DNA of 24,000 nt from Mycobacterium sp. KBS0706 (GTDB lineage: Bacteria; Pseudomonadota; Alphaproteobacteria; DSM-16000; Inquilinaceae), in assembly GCF_005938675.2 (NCBI RefSeq), contig NZ_VCCH02000084.1, positions 1 to 24,000 on the forward strand, read 5' to 3'. Shown in pieces: positions 18,325 to 24,000 of the stretch; the first letter of the stretch is position 1, and every line of letters starts with the position of its first letter. A program made the position numbers and the translations under genes. The notes beneath the pieces were generated by a model. That model worked only from the letters and a program-made list of their open reading frames with translations. It searched no databases and was not told the origin of the DNA.

Positions 18325-18624
18325 ATGTACCCAGCCAATCTCTTCCGCGCTTTAGCCAATGAGCGCCGCCTGCAGATCCTGGACTGGCTGAAGGATCCGC
18401 GCGCACATTTCCCGCCGCAGGCCGATGGCGACCTGGTCGAGGATGGGGTGTGCGGCGTGTTCATCGCCGACAAGCTCGGCATCAGCCAGCCGACACTGAG
18501 CGAGCATATGCGCGTCCTGGTCCAGTCCGGCCTGGTGGTGCCGAAGCGGATCAGGCAATGGACCTTCTACCGGCGCGACGAGGAGCAGATCCGCGCGGCC
18601 CGTGCGCTGGTCGACAGCCTCTGA
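18325..18624 (+). CDS. ArsR/SmtB-family transcriptional regulator
   Basis: 99 aa. [16 protein letters not shown] ... [24 protein letters not shown] is a winged HTH of ArsR type. It is divergent from the PhzF-family gene. Confidence 0.85.
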   Translation: MYPANLFRALANERRLQILDWLKDPRAHFPPQADGDLVEDGVCGVFIADKLGISQPTLSEHMRVLVQSGLVVPKRIRQWTFYRRDEEQIRAARALVDSL

Positions 18625-18684
18625 GGCTTTCCGCCGGCCGTTCCCGTGCCTATCTTCCAGCCGACGAGACAGGAAGACCGACCG

Positions 18685-19179
18685 ATGTTCCAGACCGCAC
18701 GCCCCGATCCCGCCCTGTCGAAGGCGGAGGCCTATCGCGACCTGCTCTCCCAGGCGGAGGGGCTGTTCCAGGGCGAGACCGACGCCATCGCCAACGCAGC
18801 CAACCTCTCGGCCCTGATCTATCACGGCCTGCCGGAGCTGAACTGGGCCGGCTTCTACCTGCTGCGCAGCGAAAGCGAGCTGGTGCTCGGGCCGTTCCAG
18901 GGCAAGCCGGCCTGCATCCGCATCCCGCTCGGCCGCGGCGTCTGCGGCACGGCGGCGGAGCGCCGGGAATCGGTGCTGGTGCCGGATGTGCACGCCTTCC
19001 CAGGGCACATCGCCTGCGACGCCGCCTCGCGCTCCGAGCTGGTGGTGCCGCTGCTGCGGGACGGGAAGGTGCTGGGCGTGCTCGACCTCGACAGCCCGCT
19101 GCCCAACCGCTTCGACGCCGAGGACCAGGCCGGGATCGAGGCGCTCGCGGCGCTGTGGGTGGCCGCGAGCGCCGCCTGA
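18685..19179 (+). CDS. msrC: GAF-domain free methionine-(R)-sulfoxide reductase (YebR/MsrC-like)
   Basis: Close resemblance to E. coli YebR (NWAGFYLL ... LVLGPFQGKPACIRIPLGRGVCGTAA ... FPGHIACDAASRSELVVPL ... GVLDLDS). ATG at 18685 behind SD AGGAAG. Confidence 0.85.
   Translation: MFQTARPDPALSKAEAYRDLLSQAEGLFQGETDAIANAANLSALIYHGLPELNWAGFYLLRSESELVLGPFQGKPACIRIPLGRGVCGTAAERRESVLVPDVHAFPGHIACDAASRSELVVPLLRDGKVLGVLDLDSPLPNRFDAEDQAGIEALAALWVAASAA
19168..19179. repeat. Left copy of the islet-flanking direct repeat, AGCGCCGCCTGA (last codons plus stop of msrC)
   Basis: Matches 20336-20347 (AGCGTCGCCTGA) at 11 of 12 positions. The GC drop begins at the next base. Confidence 0.45.
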
Positions 19180-19288
19180 TTATCTTCCTGTCGAGCCTGT
19201 GATTTTCAGAATCTTAAGCTACTGGCTGATGAGGGCCGGCTGTTCGGTTGATTCCGATTCTCAAGACTCTTTCTTAGAAAATTGATTC

Positions 19289-19297
19289 TGCTAAAAT
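19289..19297 (+). promoter_or_regulatory. Extended -10 promoter element TGCTAAAAT for the methyltransferase gene
   Basis: TGnTAAAAT lies 24 nt upstream of the ATG at 19321, followed by SD GGAGG (19311-19315). There is no convincing -35, which is consistent with an extended -10 promoter. Confidence 0.4.
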
Positions 19298-19320
19298 TCT
19301 CCCGAAAGATGGAGGGGAAT

Positions 19321-19914
19321 ATGGACCGAACGTATAATCTCAACGGTGGCTTCAAGCCCACGACGAAGCGATTTGCCGATTTAGATGGACCAGATTTTTA
19401 CCCGACCCCTCGTTGGGCGACATTTGCGCTGGCCGAGAGCGAGCCATTCAAGGGCGAGATTTGGGAATGTGCCTGTGGCGACGGCGCGATGTCAGATGTC
19501 CTCGTAGAATCTGGTAGCCGTGTAACTAGCTCTGATCTGTATGATCGCGGCTATGGAGAGGCGGGGCAAGATTTTATCAAAGTTAATCGAAAGCATAGAA
19601 ATATCATAACCAATCCTCCTTTCCATAGTGCTGAGGCTTTTGTGGCTTCGGCATTGAGTAAAGCTGAAGAAAAATTTGCTCTCTTGCTTCGACTTGCTTT
19701 TCTAGAGGGCGCAAATAGAACGAGGACAATTTTTCACACAGCGCCCCCGAGCCGTGTTTGGGTGTTTAGTGAGAGAATCACATTCTACCCCAAGGGGGTG
19801 AAAGCCACAGGAAGTGGTACCACCGCTTACGCGTGGTTCGTCTGGGATAAGAACCATGCCGGTTCGACTGAACTGGCATGGCTCAAGCCAGGATATAAGG
19901 CAAAGTACAGTTAG
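19321..19914 (+). CDS. Small gamma-class N6-adenine (amino) methyltransferase, probably acting on DNA
   Basis: 197 aa. Motifs occur in the order FYPTP (aa 26-30), ECACGDG (SAM motif I, aa 49-55), SSDLYD (aa 70-75), ITNPPF (motif IV, aa 96-101), then AYAWFVW near the C-terminus. ATG at 19321 with SD; the tracked TTG at 19282 is unlikely. Confidence 0.75.
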   Translation: MDRTYNLNGGFKPTTKRFADLDGPDFYPTPRWATFALAESEPFKGEIWECACGDGAMSDVLVESGSRVTSSDLYDRGYGEAGQDFIKVNRKHRNIITNPPFHSAEAFVASALSKAEEKFALLLRLAFLEGANRTRTIFHTAPPSRVWVFSERITFYPKGVKATGSGTTAYAWFVWDKNHAGSTELAWLKPGYKAKYS

Positions 19915-19919
19915 AAAAA

Positions 19920-20222
19920 TTATCTGCCTACAGCCGCCCGACCAGCGGCTGTAATCCTAAGTCCCTTATTGTTATCGTCATATTCAAGTAAGCCATTATT
20001 TATCGGATTGGTTGATGTTTCTCTGTGAGAGATAATGTTTCTGACGATCTGAGTGAATCGAATATCTGAGCGATTCATCAAAATTTCCGCGTCAGGCCCA
20101 GTTGGGTTAAAAGAATCAACCAAATGCTTGATAATATCGGAGGTTTTCATAAATCCGGTGCTTGATTCGGAAAGCAACTTCAATATAGGGACTGTGAGTT
20201 CCTTCTCTTCTGTAATTGACAT
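19920..20222 (-). CDS. Standalone winged-helix protein resembling the N-terminal domain of Mrr-type restriction proteins
   Basis: 100 aa. The pattern PILKLLSESSTGFMKTSDIIKHLVDSF ... IRFTQIVRNIISH ... GLLEYDDNNKGLRITAAG fits Mrr_N-like wHTH by my recognition only. SD AGGAGAAG precedes the ATG at 20222. AT-rich codon usage matches the neighbouring methyltransferase gene. Confidence 0.55.
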   Translation of the reverse strand: MSITEEKELTVPILKLLSESSTGFMKTSDIIKHLVDSFNPTGPDAEILMNRSDIRFTQIVRNIISHRETSTNPINNGLLEYDDNNKGLRITAAGRAAVGR

Positions 20223-20291
20223 GTCTTCTCCTATTGGAAAGTAACGTTCAAAAATTCCGTCTCGGAAATGCGATATGAAGACGGCTGGATA

Positions 20292-20300
20292 ACTATAGCA
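20292..20300 (-). promoter_or_regulatory. Extended -10 promoter element TGCTATAGT for the winged-helix gene
   Basis: The reverse complement of ACTATAGCA reads TGCTATAGT, about 70 nt upstream of the ATG at 20222. A 6-bp inverted repeat, CCGTCT/AGACGG (20257-20284), lies in the predicted leader. Confidence 0.35.
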
Positions 20301-20335
20301 GAGGCCGCAGAGCAGAAAAAGAAGCAGTGGTATAT

Positions 20336-20347
20336 AGCGTCGCCTGA
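20336..20347. repeat. Right copy of the islet-flanking direct repeat, AGCGTCGCCTGA
   Basis: Matches 19168-19179 at 11 of 12 positions. It lies at the point where GC content returns to host level, 4 nt before the greB stop codon. Confidence 0.45.
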
Positions 20348-20351
20348 CGGC

Positions 20352-20903
20352 TCAGCCTTTCTCGTACCGGATCTCGATGACCTCGGCGGTCTCCACGCCG
20401 CCAGGGGCGCGGACCTCGACCACGTCGCCCTCCTGCGCCCGCATCAGGGCGCGGGCGAGGGGGGAGATCCAGCTGATCTCGCCCTCTTCCGGCCGGGTCT
20501 CGTCGATGCCGACGATGCGCACCGTGCGCTCGCGGTCCTGGCCGTCGACATAGGTGACGGTGGCGCCGAAATACACCCGGTCGCGGTTGGTCTGGCGCGC
20601 CGGGTCGACCACCTCGGCGATCTCCAGCCGTTTGGTCAGGAACCGCACCCGGCGGTCGATCTCGCGCAGCCGCTTCTTGCCGTAGATGTAGTCGCCATTC
20701 TCCGACCGATCGCCGTTGCCGGCGGCCCAGGACACCACCTCGACCACCTTCGGCCGCTCGACCCGCCACAGCTGCTTCAACTCGTCCTGCAGCCGCTGGA
20801 AGCCCTCGGGCGTGATGTAGTTCTTCGACCCCGCGGGCAGGGGCGCCGGCGCATCGTCCAGCTCCTCCTCGGTGTCGGTCTCTTTGGTGAAAGCCTTGCT
20901 CAT
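20352..20903 (-). CDS. greB: Transcription elongation factor GreB
   Basis: [35 protein letters not shown] closely matches E. coli GreB ([33 protein letters not shown]). It has an acidic N-terminal extension of about 25 aa. Confidence 0.88.
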   Translation of the reverse strand: [183 protein letters not shown]

Positions 20904-20946
20904 CGGGACAGTCTACGCCGATCGGGCCGCAGGTTTCAAAATCGGG

Positions 20947-22206
20947 TCAGATGGCGATATCCCGGCGGCAGAATCCTTCGGGCCAGTCGATGCGGTCGAT
21001 CGCCTGATAGGCCCGCGACCGGGCCTCGGCGATGTCGGCGCCGAGGGCGGTCACCGCCAGCACCCGACCGCCCTGGGCGGTAACGATGCCATCGGCCTCG
21101 GCCTTCGTGCCGGCGTGGAAGACGATGGTGCCCGGCACCTGACCGGCCTGGTCCAGCGCCCGGATCGGGCTGCCCTTCTTGTAGCTGCCGGGATAGCCGT
21201 TCGCCGCCATCACCACCGTCACCGCCGCCTCCGGCCGCCAGCGCAGGGTCAGGTGGCGCAGCTCGCCGTCGGCCGCGGCGATCAGGGCGGTGAGCAGGTC
21301 CGAGTTCAGCCGTGGCAGCAGCGTCTCGCATTCCGGGTCGCCGAAGCGGACATTGTGCTCGATCAGCTGCGGCCCGCGCTCGGTCAGCATCAGCCCGGCG
21401 AACAGGATGCCGCGGAACGGCGTGCCCTCGGCCTCCATGGCGCGCAAGGTCGGCTGCACGATCTCGGCCATGATCCGGGCCTCGAGCTCCGGCGTTGCCA
21501 GCGGATGCGGCGACACCGCGCCCATGCCGCCGGTGTTCGGGCCCTCATCGTTGTCGAAGGCCCGCTTGTGGTCGCGGGCGGTGGCCAGCGGCAGCGCCGT
21601 CTCGCCGTCGCACAGGGCGAAGAAGCTCAGCTCCGGCCCGACCAGGCAGCCCTCGACCACGATCGACGCGCCGGCGGCGCCGAAGCCGCCGTCGGTCAGC
21701 ATGGTGTCGACGGCGGCCTGGGCCTCCGCGACCGTCGCGGCCACCACCACGCCCTTGCCGGCGGCCAGCCCGTCGGCCTTGACGACGATCGGCGCGCCCT
21801 CGGCGACGATGTAGGCCTTGGCCTCGGTCGCGTCGGTGAAGCGGCGGTAGCGCGCGGTCGGGATGCCGTACTTCGCGCACAGATCCTTGGTGAAACCCTT
21901 CGACCCCTCCAACGCGGCGGCCGCGGCGGTCGGCCCGAAAGCCTTGATCCCGGCTTCGGTCAGCCGGTCCACCAGCCCCGCCACCAGCGGCGCTTCCGGC
22001 CCGACCACGACGAAGTCGATCGCGTTCTCCCGGGCGAATGTCACCAGCCCGTCGACATCCTCGGCCGCGACCGGCACGCAGGTCGCCTCCTTGGCGATGC
22101 CGGCATTGCCGGGCGCGCAGAACAGCGTGGTGCACAGGGGGGAGGCGGCGATCGCCCAGGCCAGGGCATGTTCGCGGCCGCCGCCGCCGACCAGAAGGAT
22201 GCGCAT
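20947..22206 (-). CDS. purD: Phosphoribosylamine--glycine ligase
   Basis: 419 aa. [20 protein letters not shown], an ATP-grasp core and a [11 protein letters not shown]-terminal domain are all present. Confidence 0.96.
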   Translation of the reverse strand: MRILLVGGGGREHALAWAIAASPLCTTLFCAPGNAGIAKEATCVPVAAEDVDGLVTFARENAIDFVVVGPEAPLVAGLVDRLTEAGIKAFGPTAAAAALEGSKGFTKDLCAKYGIPTARYRRFTDATEAKAYIVAEGAPIVVKADGLAAGKGVVVAATVAEAQAAVDTMLTDGGFGAAGASIVVEGCLVGPELSFFALCDGETALPLATARDHKRAFDNDEGPNTGGMGAVSPHPLATPELEARIMAEIVQPTLRAMEAEGTPFRGILFAGLMLTERGPQLIEHNVRFGDPECETLLPRLNSDLLTALIAAADGELRHLTLRWRPEAAVTVVMAANGYPGSYKKGSPIRALDQAGQVPGTIVFHAGTKAEADGIVTAQGGRVLAVTALGADIAEARSRAYQAIDRIDWPEGFCRRDIAI

Positions 22207-22261
22207 CGAAGGACCCGTCTCACTTGCTCGAACGCGAGGGGTTTAGCATGGTGGCCGCAGC

Positions 22262-23785
22262 ATGACCGAGCAAAACGACACCCCCCCGGCCCCGGCCGGC
22301 CGCCCCGGCTCCAACCTGCCGGAATTCACCATCGCCGAGCTGACCGGCGCGCTGAAGCGCACCATCGAGGGCGAGTTCGGCCTGGTGCGCGTGCGCGCCG
22401 AGATCGGCAAGGTCACGGTGCCGCGCTCCGGCCATGTCTACCTGACGCTCAAGGACGACAGCTGCACCCTCGAATCGGTGATCTGGAAGGGCCAGCTGGC
22501 GCGGCTGATGGTGCGGCCGGAGCAGGGGATGGAGGTGATCTGCACCGGCCGGCTGACCATCTACGGCTCGCGCTCGCAATACCAGATGGTGATCGAGCAG
22601 ATGGAGCTGGCGGGCGAAGGCGCCATCCTCAAGATGCTGGAGGAGCGCCGCCGCCGCCTCGCCGCCGAAGGGCTGTTCGAGGCCGCGCGCAAGCGGGCGC
22701 TGCCCTTCCTGCCGCGGGTGATCGGCGTCGTCACCTCGCCGACCGGCGCGGTGATCCGCGACATCCTGCACCGCCTGTCCGACCGCTTCCCGCGCCATGT
22801 CCTGGTCTGGCCGGTGGCGGTGCAGGGCGAAAGCGCGGCAGGGCAGGTGGCGGCGGCGATCGAGGGCTTCAACGCGCTGCCGGTCGGTGGCCCGGTGCCG
22901 CCCGGTGGCCGGGTGCCTCGGCCGGACCTGCTGATCGTCGCCCGCGGCGGCGGCAGCCTGGAAGACCTGATGCCGTTCAACGAGGAGATCGTGGTGCGCG
23001 CGGCGGCGGCCAGCGCCATCCCGCTGATCTCCGCTGTCGGGCACGAGACCGACACCACCCTGATCGACTTCGCCTCGGACCGCCGTGCGCCCACTCCCAC
23101 CGCGGCGGCGGAGATGGCGGTGCCGGTCCGGGCCGAACTGCTGGGCCGGGTGCTGGACTGCTCCCGCCGCCTTGAAGCCGGCACCGCCCGGCTGTTCGGC
23201 GAGCACCGCACCCGGCTGGACGCGCTGCGCCGCGGCCTGGGCGACCCGGCGCGGCTGATCGAGACGGCGATGCAGCGGCTGGACGACCGCGGCGAGCGGC
23301 TGGACCGGGCCGCACTCGGCATCGTCGAGCGGCGCCAGGCGCGGCTGGCCGAGCTCGGCGCCCGGCTGCCGCATCCGCGCCGCCAGGTGGCGGAGACGGC
23401 GCGGCATCTCGCCCAGCTCGGCGACCGCCTGACCGCCTGCGGCACCCGCCTGACCCACCATCCGGCCGAACGCTTCCACACCCTGTCCGGCCGCTTCCGG
23501 CCGGAGCCGGTGCAGCGCGCTTTGGCCGACCGCACGGCCCGGCTGGCCGCCGCCGGCCGGCTGCTGGAGAGCTACTCCTATGTCGACGTGCTGCGCCGCG
23601 GCTACGCCCTGGTGCTGGACCCGGCGACCGGCCACGCGCTCGGCTCGACGCAGGAGGCGACGCCCGGCCGGGCGGTGTCGATCCGCTTCCAGGACGGTGA
23701 CGCCCCGGCCGTGATCGGCGGCAGCAAGCCGCACCGGCCCGCCCGCGTGCCGGACCCGAAGCCGGAGCAGGGATCGCTGCTGTAG
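22262..23785 (+). CDS. xseA: Exodeoxyribonuclease VII large subunit
   Basis: 507 aa. OB-fold N-terminus (VRVRAEIGKVTVPRSGHVYLTLKDD), GVVTSPTGAVIRDI, LIVARGGGSLEDL, SAVGHETDTTL, and a long coiled-coil C-terminus. Confidence 0.93.
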   Translation: MTEQNDTPPAPAGRPGSNLPEFTIAELTGALKRTIEGEFGLVRVRAEIGKVTVPRSGHVYLTLKDDSCTLESVIWKGQLARLMVRPEQGMEVICTGRLTIYGSRSQYQMVIEQMELAGEGAILKMLEERRRRLAAEGLFEAARKRALPFLPRVIGVVTSPTGAVIRDILHRLSDRFPRHVLVWPVAVQGESAAGQVAAAIEGFNALPVGGPVPPGGRVPRPDLLIVARGGGSLEDLMPFNEEIVVRAAAASAIPLISAVGHETDTTLIDFASDRRAPTPTAAAEMAVPVRAELLGRVLDCSRRLEAGTARLFGEHRTRLDALRRGLGDPARLIETAMQRLDDRGERLDRAALGIVERRQARLAELGARLPHPRRQVAETARHLAQLGDRLTACGTRLTHHPAERFHTLSGRFRPEPVQRALADRTARLAAAGRLLESYSYVDVLRRGYALVLDPATGHALGSTQEATPGRAVSIRFQDGDAPAVIGGSKPHRPARVPDPKPEQGSLL

Positions 23786-24000
23786 ATGCACCTGAGATCG
23801 AGACCTGCGTCGCGCAGTTCTGCCTCGGTCTCCTGGGCCTACAAGCGCGCTTGTCGCCGGATCATCCGGCAGCCGTTGCTGTCGATCCTTATTCTCGCCG
23901 TCGGCACCGCGACCCTGGTTGGTGCGGGCCAATTGTTAGGGGATGAGGCAGTCCTTGTCCGTAAGCTCATGGACTGCATTGTCGCGGCGGCAGTCGCAAT
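23786..24000 (+). CDS. Hypothetical membrane protein, N-terminal fragment (runs off the right edge)
   Basis: My translation from the ATG at 23786, which immediately abuts the xseA stop (TAGATG): MHLRSRPASRSSASVSWAYKRACRRIIRQPLLSILILAVGTATLVGAGQLLGDEAVLVRKLMDCIVAAAVA... It has a basic N-terminus followed by one hydrophobic helix. No family was recognised. Confidence 0.3.
   Translation, partial: MHLRSRPASRSSASVSWAYKRACRRIIRQPLLSILILAVGTATLVGAGQLLGDEAVLVRKLMDCIVAAAVA

Larger units (their letters stand above)
19180..20335. other. Low-GC 1.16-kb horizontally acquired islet (two genes, no recombinase)
   Basis: Composition changes abruptly to roughly 40-50% GC (by eye; individual 60-nt lines as low as about 37%) against about 70% flanks. 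Codon usage is visibly AT-biased. It lies exactly between two convergent core genes and is bounded by an 11/12 direct repeat. Confidence 0.7.

Noticed and set aside
19180-20335. Possibility that the low-GC islet is an IS element, a MITE or a type II restriction-modification system
   Set aside because: - Comparing the first and last ~30 bp of the islet showed no terminal inverted repeats.
- There is no transposase or integrase ORF.
- No ORF could encode a restriction endonuclease, because the two identified genes fill the islet. The only other tracked ORF (20053-20244 +) is antisense to the wHTH gene.
20872-23932. 767-aa plus-strand ORF (20872-23175) and 570-aa minus-strand ORF (22220-23932)
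   Set aside because: These are antisense or out-of-frame shadows of greB, purD and xseA. Their composition is typical of high-GC noise, and the real genes are recognisable in other frames.

Overview
High-GC (about 70% by eye), densely coding segment that looks like an alphaproteobacterial chromosome. Order, left to right:
- aa3-type cytochrome c oxidase genes ctaC-ctaD-ctaB (minus strand), then tldD.
- A four-gene archaic (Csu/SCPU-type) chaperone-usher pilus operon behind a conspicuous AT-rich 250-bp control region.
- An ABM-domain gene and a vapBC toxin-antitoxin pair with a perfect palindromic operator.
- A tightly coupled GFA / MFS transporter / MttB-family methyltransferase operon.
- An FMN riboswitch driving a type-2 lumazine synthase (ribH2).
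- RNA-modification housekeeping genes rsmD, rluB and tadA.
- A lipoprotein with a DUF6438-like domain plus ankyrin repeats, a divergent arsR/phzF pair, and msrC.
- A 1.16-kb low-GC islet, then greB, purD, xseA and the start of a small membrane ORF.

The islet (19180-20335) is the most unusual element. It sits exactly between the convergent msrC and greB genes and is bounded by an 11/12 direct repeat of the msrC 3' end. It carries only a minimal gamma-type N6-adenine methyltransferase and a standalone Mrr_N-like winged-helix protein. Each gene has its own extended -10 promoter, and no nuclease or integrase is present. It is either an uncharacterised two-gene methylation-linked module or a decayed restriction element.

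Other points worth follow-up are the orphan MttB operon without a corrinoid partner, the control region and atypical second subunit of the pilus operon, and the DUF6438/ankyrin lipoprotein.

All family assignments come from reading the translations for motifs; no database search was possible. No rRNA, tRNA, CRISPR array or transposase was seen.
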